From positions 20,326 to 84,325 of the forward strand of contig CBFHJJ010000001.1 of the NCBI GenBank assembly GCA_965655865.1: DNA of 64,000 nucleotides, read 5' to 3'. Shown in pieces: positions 53,479 through 64,000 of the stretch. Made by a program: the position numbers and the translations under genes. Under the pieces are notes generated by a model. That model worked only from the letters and a program-made list of their open reading frames with translations. It was not told the origin of the DNA and searched no databases. This DNA is from Flavobacteriaceae bacterium (lineage in GTDB: Bacteria; Bacteroidota; Bacteroidia; Flavobacteriales; Flavobacteriaceae). Within the stretch, counting starts at the first letter, position 1. Each line of letters opens with the position of its first letter.

Positions 53479-55275
53479 ATGGACAAAGGTAGAATTAAAA
53501 AAATAATGAATGATTGGAAATCCAATAATCCTGGATATACATCTGATCAGTATGAGAATGAACTACTTAGGGTCTCAAATCAAGAAGCAAGAAAAAACGA
53601 TAACTACAAACCTCCGAATGAGGATGGGATGATTGCGAAAGCTATTAAGGCGTCTGCGAGTACTGATCAATATGGTAGTGTTAATAGTAACTTAGAAATC
53701 CAAAAATTTGCTGAGTTATATAGTAAGGCAAAAAAAGAGGGTGATAATTCTATAACTCAATTCTTTTCAGGGTTAAAAAATCTTGGTGAAAATCAAGGTG
53801 AATTATACGCCAAAGAACAAGTATATATGTTACGTCAGATGAACGCAGAAATGGGTTTAACTGGTCAATTTTCAAAAGATTTTAGAGATTCATTAAATGA
53901 GACAATTCCCCCTCTACAAGGAATGGGTCTTGGTATTACTGATATTGTTGAACATACAAAAGAAATGGTTGATAATTCAGGTAAGTTTGCATTTATATCG
54001 ACCGAATCACAGGTTAAGGCGGCTGAAATTGCCACTGCATTTGGAATGACAATGAAAGAACTTGCGGGTTCATATAAATCATTTGAAGATGTTGGTATTG
54101 GAGCCGTTGGTGCCGCTGAAGCAATTGGAGATGCAGGAAAAGAATCGTTGGAACTTGGGTTACAATCACAAACAACAATTAAGGGTTTACAAGATAACGT
54201 TGAAAAACTAAACCAATTCGGTTTCCAAAAGGGAATACGAGGTTTAGAAGAAATGGTAAGAAAATCAACAGAATTTAGAATGAGTGTTGATAGTGTCTTT
54301 CAAGTTGCTGATAAAGTATTTTCACCTGAGGGTGCACTTGAAATGGCAGCTAACCTACAAGTGGTTGGTGGTGCTATGGGAGCATTGAATAACCCACTTG
54401 AGATGATGTATATGGCAACTAACAACGTTGAAGGTCTACAAGATGCAATAATTAAATCATCAGAAAGTCTTGCTACGTTCAATAACGAAACAGGTAGATT
54501 TGAAGTTGTGGGTGTCAACCTTAGAAAGGCTAAGGATATGGCAGACGCAACGGGTATATCACTCGCTGAACTTACTAAGGGAGCAATTGCTGGTAATGAA
54601 AGAATGCAGTCGATGAATGATTTGTCAGGAATTAATGTACCTGAAGATACAAAAAGATTCCTTACCAACATTGCCCAAATGAAAGATGGGGAAATGACAA
54701 TTGCACTTAAAGGTGATGCCGCTAAGGACCTCAAAAAAATTGCACCAAATGGAATAATTAAGATGTCCGATATGACGGACGACATCGCACAAGTATTAAA
54801 AGGGTATCAAGACGACTTTAAGGTCTTGAGTCCACAAGAAATTATTGAACAACAGGCGAATTCAGTTCAAAACATCATGAGAGATGTAAATCAACTTTTA
54901 GGGATTGCGAGAATTCAAGCCGCGGGTCTTGGGGATAGTGCGGTTGAAGCACTGTTTGGTATGGATTCTAAAGATTTGGGAACTTTAATCAGTGGTACAA
55001 GTGATGATGGTAAAGACTATATTTCCACATATATTAAAAGTGGAATGGAGGGTATTACAAAAATAATAGATAGTGCAAGTGAATCCTCTAAGAATATAAA
55101 AGAATCACAAGAAGAACAAAAGAGACAAACAGCGACCCAATCAAATAACAAACAAGAGGTTACTTTTAAACATGTTGCGGACTCTGCGATGGGTGCATAC
55201 CAAAGACAACTACAAAGTAATCCCTCATATTGGGCTGATTTAATGAAGAGTGACGAACGTAGTTATACTCCATAA
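53479..55275 (+). CDS. Tail tape measure / gp29-like tail-length protein
   Basis: Position after the tube and chaperone. ~600 aa, Ala/Gly/Gln-rich helical composition. Confidence 0.55.
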   Translation: MDKGRIKKIMNDWKSNNPGYTSDQYENELLRVSNQEARKNDNYKPPNEDGMIAKAIKASASTDQYGSVNSNLEIQKFAELYSKAKKEGDNSITQFFSGLKNLGENQGELYAKEQVYMLRQMNAEMGLTGQFSKDFRDSLNETIPPLQGMGLGITDIVEHTKEMVDNSGKFAFISTESQVKAAEIATAFGMTMKELAGSYKSFEDVGIGAVGAAEAIGDAGKESLELGLQSQTTIKGLQDNVEKLNQFGFQKGIRGLEEMVRKSTEFRMSVDSVFQVADKVFSPEGALEMAANLQVVGGAMGALNNPLEMMYMATNNVEGLQDAIIKSSESLATFNNETGRFEVVGVNLRKAKDMADATGISLAELTKGAIAGNERMQSMNDLSGINVPEDTKRFLTNIAQMKDGEMTIALKGDAAKDLKKIAPNGIIKMSDMTDDIAQVLKGYQDDFKVLSPQEIIEQQANSVQNIMRDVNQLLGIARIQAAGLGDSAVEALFGMDSKDLGTLISGTSDDGKDYISTYIKSGMEGITKIIDSASESSKNIKESQEEQKRQTATQSNNKQEVTFKHVADSAMGAYQRQLQSNPSYWADLMKSDERSYTP

Positions 55276-55289
55276 AACTTATCAAATTT

Positions 55290-55297
55290 TACTTTTG
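55290..55297 (+). promoter_or_regulatory. TACTTTTG (TAnnTTTG) followed by AATCTATTTAT
   Basis: 26 nt upstream of ATG 55324. Confidence 0.4.
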
Positions 55298-55323
55298 AAT
55301 CTATTTATCTAATAAAATAAGAT

Positions 55324-58300
55324 ATGCCAAGTTACTTAGATTTTAATTCAACGAAAACGTTTAGGGATTCTATACTTGCGAGAACTCTACAACAACCTAA
55401 CGGACCACAAACATTTAATAGTGGTGCGTACTCTGTTGAAACATTAAGAGACGACGCAAATGTAGATCCAGGTGATGTTGAAACTAACTTACAAACCTAT
55501 TTAGCGGTTCCTGAGAACCTTAATACTTTTGGTGCTGATGAGTTTAGTACTGTTACTAATTTAAGAAACTTAGTTGGTTTTAGTGATTTAGGTTTATATC
55601 CTTACTACACCGCGGGAACATATAATAATTTAGTAAGTATTATGACTACCGATGATTATGAGTCGGAATCTAAACTAATGCAGTTTGCGGCTTGGAACAT
55701 TAAAAATAACAAACAAGGTCCTGTTCTCGCAAGAATCACACAAAATTTAGTTGCTGCAACATACGGAAGGGTACGATTAATAGATGCTCTAAATGGGAAT
55801 ACAGCGACTGCGGTCAATCTAATAACAGGACGAGAAGATTTAATTGAGAAAAATTATAAAATTACTGTCGCAAAAACCTTAGCGGGTAAAGCAATTGATT
55901 TTGTACAAACAGTGGCGGGGGTAGAGTTTCCATGGAGTGAAATCCCTGGTGACTACTTAACCGACCCAAGAAACCCAATAGTTAATAGACCTGAAGCTCA
56001 GACAGGATTAGGAAGAGTTTTTCAAGATATTACAGGTGCATTAGGGTCTTTATTAGGTATACAAAGAAGACCAAAACCAAGTAGGAAACCCTCAGATTTA
56101 ATGATTGAATATATGGGTAGTGGTCAAAAGGCTATTCTTTTCGACAACCTAAGTTTTTCTACATATGCACCGAACTACACCAAAACCGCGAGGTCACAAC
56201 AATCTTCAAAATTATTCAACTTTCCTAATCAAATAGGTGACGCGATTAATAATATTCTTGGAACGGGAGCACCTAAAGGACAAGCATACATTGGTGATGA
56301 CAGAGGTGAAGATGTAAACTACGCAATGAATGATTTTAATGAAAACGTAGTTAAAAGTAGTTACTACCTTAGTTTATTATTTGATCCAATTCAAACAGAA
56401 CTATTTGAAATTAAAAGAAATATATCTGAAGGTGGTCAAATAAGTGGTAAACTTACGTGGTACAGTAAAAACTCAAAAAATAAGTTAGGGGCAAACAATG
56501 AAGAGTTCAATAGTGAAAGGTCACAATTCGAACAGAGTCTATCAAATTCATATTCATTTAGAAGTGATTCAATCTTAGATAAGACACAACAACTTTTAGA
56601 TTCAATGCCGTCTGACGGTGGTGCCGCAAGAGGTCACGTTGCAAACGCAATAGACCAAACGAGTAGAATTTTCAGAGAAGGGAATACATTAATGTCAAGA
56701 GGATCGGCGATAAAGTACGTTGATAAATTTACAGGTGATGAAGGTGGTGTTGAATATTGTAGGGTGTGGACTAAAGATAGGTCATATATGAATATGTCCG
56801 ACACAATGAAAAGAACAGGAAATATAAGAAAGTTTGATTCAAGTGTTATGACTTCACCATGGAACTTAAACATAGGTCCAATGTCTAATGGGCAGAACGG
56901 AGACCCAGACACGGCATTTGCATCATCAACCAACATCGAAAAAGTGGGTGGTAGTTATGTTGCCAAAAAATATATGTTCTCATTTGAGAATTTAGCATGG
57001 AAAACATCAAACACACCAGGTTTTATGGTAAGTGATTTACCATTCTGTGAAAGAGGACCTAATGGTGGTCGAGTTATGTGGTTTCCACCGTATGATCTTA
57101 AAGTAAATGAACAAAACAATGCAAGGTGGGAAGAAAATAATTTTTTAGGAAGACCCGAACCAATATACACATATCAAAACACTTCAAGGTCAGGACAAAT
57201 TTCGTTTAAGATTGTTGTAGATCATCCGAGTATATTAAACTTATTAGTACAGAAACACTTCAAAGGAATGTCAGACGAAGAATCTGATAACTACATCAAC
57301 GCGTTTTTTGCGGGATGTGAAGAACTCGATTTTTATGAACTAATTAGAACTTACACCACAATTACAAAAGAAGACGCAGATGCAATAAAAAATTATTTAG
57401 AAGGTGGTGGTACTGAAGAAGAGATATTAAAATATAAGGTAATTACTGAAGATGCGGAAATTGTAGAATTTGATACTACACCAGTAGAACAACCTCCAGA
57501 AAAACTTGAAGTTTCTTTATACTTCCCTAATGATTATCCAAGAAAGTCAGGTTCAAAAGATGTTAATACTACGGTATTATATAGTGATATTAAAAATTCA
57601 TATTCGGAATCGGAGTATCAAGGTTACTTAGACAGTGGTTTAACAACCTTATTTTCAGGAACGGCGACTGAGGCGAAGAAAAACGATAAAGAAGTAATAT
57701 TTGGAAGTGAGACCATAACAGGTACACCAGCGGAAATAAACGGAGCTAAAGATAGACTTAGTGAAGGGTTTAGTAAATTAGAATCCAACTATGGCATATA
57801 TTCAGATAAGTTAAGTGAAATTAAAACAAGACTTGAAAACAAAGAAATTAAACTATTAACGTTTGGTTTACAATCAAGTACATCTTCGGTTGCTGATGAC
57901 GACTATAATGTGTATCTATCATTGAGAAGGGCACACTCAGTCGTTCAGGATATTGTTTCACAAATTGAAAAGTCGGGAAACAACACCTCAGTTTCGTGGA
58001 TACCCGATGTCTCACCAGGTACAGGACCAAAAGACTTTGGACCGATAATTATTGAATTCAAAGATTTGGGTTATGAAGGAGTTGAAGGTCAGCTTGTTTT
58101 TAAAGGAACGGGTTATGGTGAAAATGTTGACGACGCCACGTTAGGTGGTTTAAGTGGGGGTGGTGGTTCTTCTAATATCGACTGTCACTCTAAAAATATT
58201 GAGAGTTCTTCAGCATTAAAGAAATCGGCACCAATAACATTCTTTTGTAGATATACGGGGGTTGTTATGAATATTGTTCCTAATGATAAACAACCTGAAG

Positions 58301-60126
58301 ACCCTAACGATCCTGATCAGATACCAAAATACAGATTAACACCCGACGGAACGGTTCAACAACCAAAGGTTAAAAAACCACCAATTGACATGATGAAAAA
58401 AATTATCATGAAGACATTATCGGAGTGTTATTACTTTAAAGTACTTGAAGAAGATTCACCAAATACATTTAAAAGTTTAACTGAAAAATTAAAGTATTTT
58501 CATCCTGCATTCCATTCAACAACACCAGAAGGACTAAACGGAAGACTTAATTTCTTATTACAATGTGTAAGACCTGGTGATACAATACCAATTAAAGGAA
58601 TTGCAAATGACGCGGATTTACGTGCAAGAAACACAAGTTTTGGACCACCACCGATTTGTGTTGTAAGAATAGGTGATTTCTACCATTCTAAAATTGCAAT
58701 TAGAGATATAAACATATCATATGATGATTCTCCGTGGGATTTAAATCCTGAAGGAATTGGTGTACAACCAATGATTGCAAGTGTTACACTACAAGTTAAT
58801 TTTATTGGGGGACAAGGATTGGAAAAACCTGTCGAAAGGTTACAAAACGCATTATCATCTAACTTCTTTGCAAATACTGAAATGTATGATCCAAGATCGG
58901 TTTCAACAAATTCTACGATTGGGGGACAAGACGCTAAAGAATTTACAAAAGAATTCTTAGATGATTTACAAAGAGCAAATCAACTTAATACTTCAACAGA
59001 TGCGGACAACAGTGATTCAGTACCAGAACTTAATGAGGGTGTTTATATTGGTGAACTTGATAAAGATAAATCCACAGGTCAAGAATCTGAGGGAGACCCT
59101 ACAGTCCCTTCTGTCGAACCAACAGGACAAACTATAAGTTATAAAAACATTGTAACTGACTTAGCTAAACAGTATGAGGACTACTTTGAGACGTTTAAAA
59201 CAACCTACGATGACATATTAGTTAAATATGGACCTCAGGTACATAGTTTACTTTTATCACCAACATACAGGACGGTAAACACTTTCACGGTAAACACATC
59301 TAACGTTGGTACAAGAACAATTGAGATGTTAGGTGAATATACTTCAACAACAGAGTTGAACAGTCGAATTAATGAACTTAAAACAAGTATGGTTTCTGCA
59401 ATCTTAACAGAGGATGTTTCAGAAATGTTTAAGTTTGACAATTTCCTTTCACCTGAAAAAATAGAAAGATCTAACACCGTACTAAGACCAAAACTCGAAG
59501 AGTTGGTGGTGTCAAAATTAGATGAGGCGGTTGGAAGTTTAAATAACGTTAGATCAAAAAGAAACTTAGTTATTGAAAGTTTAGATAAATTAAATTATTT
59601 AACCAAATACGTTGGTGATGGTCAGATCAAAGATGAGACCTACACACACGCAACACTTTCAGGATTTACTTTTTCGACATTATACGATGAGTATGACATA
59701 TTTGTTGACTTCTTCGATAAAAACAGTGATAAATTCACAAAAGACATAGACACAACAATAAATTTCAATTCACTAAGTGTCGATGTGACTGTACTTAATG
59801 ATATTTTATCTGTATTATTATCTGAAGAGAATGATCTTACAAGTATAACCGATGTATATAAAGACGATATACTTTTTAGTGATAACATAAAGAAAAGAAT
59901 TGAAAGAAAAGTTAAGAGATTTATAAAGGAAACTAAACCAGAAAAAATAAGACTAAGTAGGTTTAAGAAATTAAAAGGGGATAGTGAACTTAAATTCACA
60001 ATCTCGAGTACTGCGGAGATTACTGACAGTACACAAAAAGAAAATTTAGAAAAAATCCATTTAGATCAGGTGAAAACTTTGGGAAGTACACTGAATAATT
60101 TTAAACCAACTAAAGTCGAGAAATAA
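55324..60126 (+). CDS. Very large (1600 aa) tail/baseplate protein with an internal OmpA-like segment
   Basis: Position after the tape measure. FGLQSSTSSVADDDYNVYLSLRRAHSVVQDIV resembles the OmpA_C peptidoglycan-binding motif (N..LS.rRA..V). Confidence 0.6.
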   Translation: MPSYLDFNSTKTFRDSILARTLQQPNGPQTFNSGAYSVETLRDDANVDPGDVETNLQTYLAVPENLNTFGADEFSTVTNLRNLVGFSDLGLYPYYTAGTYNNLVSIMTTDDYESESKLMQFAAWNIKNNKQGPVLARITQNLVAATYGRVRLIDALNGNTATAVNLITGREDLIEKNYKITVAKTLAGKAIDFVQTVAGVEFPWSEIPGDYLTDPRNPIVNRPEAQTGLGRVFQDITGALGSLLGIQRRPKPSRKPSDLMIEYMGSGQKAILFDNLSFSTYAPNYTKTARSQQSSKLFNFPNQIGDAINNILGTGAPKGQAYIGDDRGEDVNYAMNDFNENVVKSSYYLSLLFDPIQTELFEIKRNISEGGQISGKLTWYSKNSKNKLGANNEEFNSERSQFEQSLSNSYSFRSDSILDKTQQLLDSMPSDGGAARGHVANAIDQTSRIFREGNTLMSRGSAIKYVDKFTGDEGGVEYCRVWTKDRSYMNMSDTMKRTGNIRKFDSSVMTSPWNLNIGPMSNGQNGDPDTAFASSTNIEKVGGSYVAKKYMFSFENLAWKTSNTPGFMVSDLPFCERGPNGGRVMWFPPYDLKVNEQNNARWEENNFLGRPEPIYTYQNTSRSGQISFKIVVDHPSILNLLVQKHFKGMSDEESDNYINAFFAGCEELDFYELIRTYTTITKEDADAIKNYLEGGGTEEEILKYKVITEDAEIVEFDTTPVEQPPEKLEVSLYFPNDYPRKSGSKDVNTTVLYSDIKNSYSESEYQGYLDSGLTTLFSGTATEAKKNDKEVIFGSETITGTPAEINGAKDRLSEGFSKLESNYGIYSDKLSEIKTRLENKEIKLLTFGLQSSTSSVADDDYNVYLSLRRAHSVVQDIVSQIEKSGNNTSVSWIPDVSPGTGPKDFGPIIIEFKDLGYEGVEGQLVFKGTGYGENVDDATLGGLSGGGGSSNIDCHSKNIESSSALKKSAPITFFCRYTGVVMNIVPNDKQPEDPNDPDQIPKYRLTPDGTVQQPKVKKPPIDMMKKIIMKTLSECYYFKVLEEDSPNTFKSLTEKLKYFHPAFHSTTPEGLNGRLNFLLQCVRPGDTIPIKGIANDADLRARNTSFGPPPICVVRIGDFYHSKIAIRDINISYDDSPWDLNPEGIGVQPMIASVTLQVNFIGGQGLEKPVERLQNALSSNFFANTEMYDPRSVSTNSTIGGQDAKEFTKEFLDDLQRANQLNTSTDADNSDSVPELNEGVYIGELDKDKSTGQESEGDPTVPSVEPTGQTISYKNIVTDLAKQYEDYFETFKTTYDDILVKYGPQVHSLLLSPTYRTVNTFTVNTSNVGTRTIEMLGEYTSTTELNSRINELKTSMVSAILTEDVSEMFKFDNFLSPEKIERSNTVLRPKLEELVVSKLDEAVGSLNNVRSKRNLVIESLDKLNYLTKYVGDGQIKDETYTHATLSGFTFSTLYDEYDIFVDFFDKNSDKFTKDIDTTINFNSLSVDVTVLNDILSVLLSEENDLTSITDVYKDDILFSDNIKKRIERKVKRFIKETKPEKIRLSRFKKLKGDSELKFTISSTAEITDSTQKENLEKIHLDQVKTLGSTLNNFKPTKVEK

Positions 60127-60449
60127 TGAGTAGACAATATTTTAATAGATACGAGTTTTTTGAGAACGATGGTGATTTTAAAATAGTACCAGGTATTGAA
60201 ATCAAAATTACGTCCTCTGATAAGTATGTACAATTTAAAAGAGGTAAAGATAGGTTAGATAAATTCTCTCAAGAATATTACGGAACACCTGTTTTTGGTT
60301 GGTTAATTTTACAAGCAAACCCAACTGCGGGTAGTATTGAATTTGAAATACCCGATAACTTTCTTTTAAGAATACCATTTCCACTTGTTAATACATTACA
60401 AGAATATAAAAGGAATGTAGAATTGTACAACTTATATTATGGCGAATAA
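60126..60449 (+). CDS. LysM-like small baseplate protein (P2 gpX / T4 gp53-like pattern)
   Basis: GKDRLDKFSQEYYGTPVFGWLILQANP...LRIPFP. Confidence 0.5.
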   Translation: MSRQYFNRYEFFENDGDFKIVPGIEIKITSSDKYVQFKRGKDRLDKFSQEYYGTPVFGWLILQANPTAGSIEFEIPDNFLLRIPFPLVNTLQEYKRNVELYNLYYGE

Positions 60450-63400
60450 CGACCTCAAAAACAATGAAAAAATTTTAGTAAAGGTTGATCAGAATAACTT
60501 AATTCTGATTGACCCGAACAGTACTGTTTCAGATGGTATTGTAGAACCAAGAGGAACTAACGCAGAAAATTATGTTTATTATGTAAATCTTGAAGCAGAT
60601 TTGATACCGAGAACAACTTTAGTTAGTGGTGAGCAAAATACACTTTCATCAGTTGCGGAAGGAACATTAAACTTCTTACAGAACAAAAACAGTGAGTATT
60701 TAGACACAACGTGGACAGATACCTATAATCCAAAAAGAGATGCTGAGTTCAAAAGAGCAGACATAATTGATGATACGGGACAAGCATTTGGTATACAAAG
60801 TATTGATATTCAAGTTAGGGGTACAAACTTCGTTCCTAAGGTTACTATAAAATTTGTTGACATAAGAGGTAAAACACTATTCGAATCACCAGATAATTCA
60901 CCATATCAAGCATTCTTCCATCAACCATGGCCGATATTTTATTTAACGGTAAAGGGGTTTTACGGGAAGGCGATGAGATATAGACTTCACATGACAGATT
61001 TTAACTCATCATACAACGATGGGAATGGAAATTTTGAAAGTGTTGGTGTTTTTATAGGGTCAACGTACGCATATTTAAGTGATATTCCATTGAAAGGAAT
61101 ATTAAATGCACCTTACATGTATGGTATTGAACAAACGAAAAATACCACAACAAACGAAAAAACGGGAGAGGTAACAAAAGTAATATCAAAAACTTCTAAA
61201 GGATATCTCACACTTAAATCCATATTCGACGAATACAAAAGAAAGGGTTTGATTGATGATGACATGCCAGTTAGAACATTGAAAGAGGTGATTGATATTG
61301 CAAAAAGATTAGACCCGATATTAGAAAAGAAAATTTTTGGAGAAGTCGTGGATATGAAAATATTTGTGGCATCAAAAGAAATGTCAGATCAACTCAGATT
61401 ATTTTTTGGTCAAGTACAAGCATGGCAAACTAAAAATTTAACACCTGAATTTATTGCAATACCAACAGGAAGTGATAATCCATTAGATCGTCATTTCTAT
61501 CTAACAAAGACAAATAACAATACAACAGAGTCAATAGTTGGAGAAGGTAAGGGTGGTACATTAGAGTCAATTATCAAACAAAATCTAAAAAAATTAAAAG
61601 ACAGTGAAATCTTTGGAAATGAGACTCAAAGAACTACTGCGGATTTTAAAAAACTATCAATAAATTTAAATCAATCTATTAAAGATATTGGTTCTTACTA
61701 TTCAACAACCAACGGTGGTGGTAAAATTACTGTTGCAATTGAAAAGTTATTTGATGATATGTACAAAATATCAAATTCATTTCAAGAAGAATTAACAAAA
61801 CTACAAGATGGTGTTGAGTTCAAAATGAATGAAGTTATTTCTGGAAAGGATGGTATTGGTTTTGAACCTACGATACGAAACATTATGGCAATAATATTGG
61901 CATCTGCGGATACGTACATAAGGTTACTTAAAGGTGTTCATATCAAAGCGTTTAACGTTTCTGAAGAAAGAAAAAACATAATCAAAGGTTTTACTAATGA
62001 GAGTGTGGGTGAAGCAATATATCCATGGCCTGAGATTAAAAAACAAAGTACAGGAACAACTAAAGTTCTTGCATACCCAGCCGAATCTGATTTAATACAA
62101 AAGTTACGATCAGACGACATGACGTTATGGCCTGAGGTACAATTTGTAGAAGAGTATTCTGCGGTATCAACACAAAGAACAGATAATCAAGGTGGTAATG
62201 AACCAAATACGAGTTCAATTAGATTTGAATTTGGTGATAGTAATAATGAAGAAAAGAGTACGAATAAAGTTTCTACACTTGATTTACTACCAGGTAGTGT
62301 TTACAGTGATAAAAATTTAGATTCCTTTTTATATGAAATATACGAAAGGTCACAATTAATTACTTTATATGATACATTTAATGGACCAACCTTAAATGAA
62401 CTCGGTAAACGAGAATTTGAAACTATACAAAATTTAACAGGAGAGGATTACTTCTTAATTGATATATTAAAAGACAGTCAAATTACGAGTAGAGAAGCTC
62501 ATTTAAATTTGATGAGATCTTTTTCACCTTTTGAGAGATATCCTTACCACGAAGATAACCAAATAACGGTACCTTATTTGTTGGATAATTCTACAAAATC
62601 ATACCAACTAAAAGATTATACTGGTGATGACACGGTAACATCCAAAAATGGAGAGTACGAAAAATTACAATCAAATCTAAATCAATACTTAAGTGATGAG
62701 TATCGATCAAAAATATACCCATTTAATTCTGATACGTATTTAGGTTATTTAAATAAAAGTACGTTTGAAAAAACAGAACTAAATGTTGGTGGTGTACTCA
62801 CGGTTGATACGGGAAAAGGTTTTATAAGTAGTCCTATAAATCCAAGTAGTTGGATAAATGAAACTCAAGTTGATGGTAACATGTTCAATAAAACAATTGA
62901 AATTGATGACCAATCCAAGTTAAACATTTTAAATACTCCTTATTTTCACAAATCAATATATGAGGGATTTTTTGGTGGTGAGTCTTTTGGTAAGTATAAG
63001 TCATCCGCATATCTTTTATTAAATTCGTTACCATTTAAAGATCTAAAAGACACAATTAAATTTGATGGTTCAGATGAAATTTTAATGTCGTCTCTATTTA
63101 GAGAAATTGGGTCTACACATTATATTCCTTACCACTTAATATTGAAGTGGGGGTCAATATATCATAGATATAAAGAACACATCGTCAATAATGTAGACAT
63201 ACTTTCAGGTTTAGACACCCCAATTGATGGTGATGAATATTTTGATAACACATTAAACTTAACATTTGCAAGTACTATAACAAGGTCGTCACAATCTGAT
63301 GTGGGTATACATCCACGATACTCAGCAATTTATCACCAAGTGGTAAATGGGTATTTATTCTACAATGTAAATGATCCAACACCAACTTCATTTGATAATG

Positions 63401-64000
63401 TGGTGGGGGCTAACACGTTATTTATCAACACGTTTGATACTACTAAAGGTAAATATTATAATTCATTTATTGATAATAGTCGTTTTACGTCGACAGATCT
63501 TAGACTAACAATACTTCCATCAACAGGAACCAACAAAAAAAGAACACTTTATTTAGACTTTAATGATTCTGAACAATTTAACTTTAGAGTAAATTGGGTG
63601 AATAACCAAGAAAGTGAATTTGTTGTGACAGGTAAAACACTACCAACACCTAAGGAGTATTTCATGGGTATGACAAATAACAATGAAAAGGTTATTGATC
63701 TAATAGGTACTTTTAGTCCTGATATTTTAACTTCATTTGAAGAGGCGTTTTTGGATTTCTCAAGTGAGGTGATTGATAGTCATACACCATATAAAAAATA
63801 TGAGACTGTTCACTATCCAAAATTTCAAGATTTATTAAAAGAAATTGTTAGTGTTGAGACAAAAGACAGTGATGTTCTTAATACACCATCAATAATTAAC
63901 ACAATTAGTTTAAGACAAGAAGAAAAACAAAGGAAAGCAACTGAAAACATTCTCACCACTAAGAACATGTTAGAATTAACAATTTCTAATCCAAAAGAAT
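60439..64000 (+). CDS. Very large baseplate/tail structural protein, 3' end off the window (more than 1186 aa)
   Basis: Own translation from ATG 60439: MANNDLKNNEKILVKVDQNNLILIDPNSTVSDGIVEPRG... Spot checks at 61021, 62101, 63901 and 63961 stay open in frame. Not in the ORF track because there is no stop in the window. Confidence 0.7.
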   Translation, partial: MANNDLKNNEKILVKVDQNNLILIDPNSTVSDGIVEPRGTNAENYVYYVNLEADLIPRTTLVSGEQNTLSSVAEGTLNFLQNKNSEYLDTTWTDTYNPKRDAEFKRADIIDDTGQAFGIQSIDIQVRGTNFVPKVTIKFVDIRGKTLFESPDNSPYQAFFHQPWPIFYLTVKGFYGKAMRYRLHMTDFNSSYNDGNGNFESVGVFIGSTYAYLSDIPLKGILNAPYMYGIEQTKNTTTNEKTGEVTKVISKTSKGYLTLKSIFDEYKRKGLIDDDMPVRTLKEVIDIAKRLDPILEKKIFGEVVDMKIFVASKEMSDQLRLFFGQVQAWQTKNLTPEFIAIPTGSDNPLDRHFYLTKTNNNTTESIVGEGKGGTLESIIKQNLKKLKDSEIFGNETQRTTADFKKLSINLNQSIKDIGSYYSTTNGGGKITVAIEKLFDDMYKISNSFQEELTKLQDGVEFKMNEVISGKDGIGFEPTIRNIMAIILASADTYIRLLKGVHIKAFNVSEERKNIIKGFTNESVGEAIYPWPEIKKQSTGTTKVLAYPAESDLIQKLRSDDMTLWPEVQFVEEYSAVSTQRTDNQGGNEPNTSSIRFEFGDSNNEEKSTNKVSTLDLLPGSVYSDKNLDSFLYEIYERSQLITLYDTFNGPTLNELGKREFETIQNLTGEDYFLIDILKDSQITSREAHLNLMRSFSPFERYPYHEDNQITVPYLLDNSTKSYQLKDYTGDDTVTSKNGEYEKLQSNLNQYLSDEYRSKIYPFNSDTYLGYLNKSTFEKTELNVGGVLTVDTGKGFISSPINPSSWINETQVDGNMFNKTIEIDDQSKLNILNTPYFHKSIYEGFFGGESFGKYKSSAYLLLNSLPFKDLKDTIKFDGSDEILMSSLFREIGSTHYIPYHLILKWGSIYHRYKEHIVNNVDILSGLDTPIDGDEYFDNTLNLTFASTITRSSQSDVGIHPRYSAIYHQVVNGYLFYNVNDPTPTSFDNVVGANTLFINTFDTTKGKYYNSFIDNSRFTSTDLRLTILPSTGTNKKRTLYLDFNDSEQFNFRVNWVNNQESEFVVTGKTLPTPKEYFMGMTNNNEKVIDLIGTFSPDILTSFEEAFLDFSSEVIDSHTPYKKYETVHYPKFQDLLKEIVSVETKDSDVLNTPSIINTISLRQEEKQRKATENILTTKNMLELTISNPKE

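Noticed and set aside
61938-62120. 60-aa minus-strand ORF.
   Set aside because: It is embedded antisense in the continuous open frame of more than 1186 codons that starts at 60439.
1-64000. Stop-codon reassignment (as in some Bacteroidota-infecting phages), tRNA genes, introns, homing endonucleases, integrase or transposase, and a DGR.
   Set aside because: All large genes are uninterrupted under the standard code. The non-coding gaps are too short or lack cloverleaf-like sequences. I recognised no reverse transcriptase, HNH/GIY-YIG, recombinase or template/variable repeat pair by eye. An undetected small element cannot be excluded without software.

Overview
AT-rich, almost gap-free segment of a large contractile-tailed phage genome. 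I saw no cellular housekeeping context, rRNA, tRNA, CRISPR array or transposase. The morphogenetic core is T4-like and recognisable by eye: gp17-like large terminase, gp20-like portal, gp21-like prohead protease, acidic gp22-like scaffold and gp23-like major capsid protein at 6.9-16 kb. Further on come a gp13-like neck protein, gp14/gp15-like proteins, gp18-like sheath, gp19-like tube, a chaperone, a tape measure and very large baseplate proteins (43-64 kb). A second baseplate block with a gp5-like hub lies on the minus strand (19.5-24.9 kb). Around this core sit accessory and replication genes:
- an N-domain-less ClpC-type unfoldase, divergent from Hsp20;
- a KTSC-nucleotidyltransferase pair;
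- a phage-encoded ribosomal protein bS21, antisense inside the head module;
- dCMP deaminase, dUTPase and PhoH;
- degenerate HD-like and NT5C-like proteins;
- three glycosyltransferases and a sigma-70-family factor;
- family-B DNA polymerase and an SNF2 helicase.

The bS21 sequence type and exact TAnnTTTG boxes upstream of non-structural genes suggest a Bacteroidota (Flavobacteriia-like) host. That is inference only. Observations most worth follow-up:
1. A recurrent exact 15-mer, GATATTTATAATAAA, upstream of late genes, plus a phage sigma factor.
2. A protein built of exactly six 47-aa repeats.
3. A 1,000+ aa adhesin with a ~376-aa Pro/Thr tract whose perfect peptide repeats differ only at synonymous sites.
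4. A possible +1 frameshift (or homopolymer error) in the tube-proximal chaperone gene.
5. A C-terminal peptide shared by protease, scaffold and core proteins and by two distant unknown proteins.
6. An unannotated 52-aa RHH-like ORF and a dyad-rich 292-bp sheath-tube spacer.

All homology calls come from motif recognition by eye; no searches were run.
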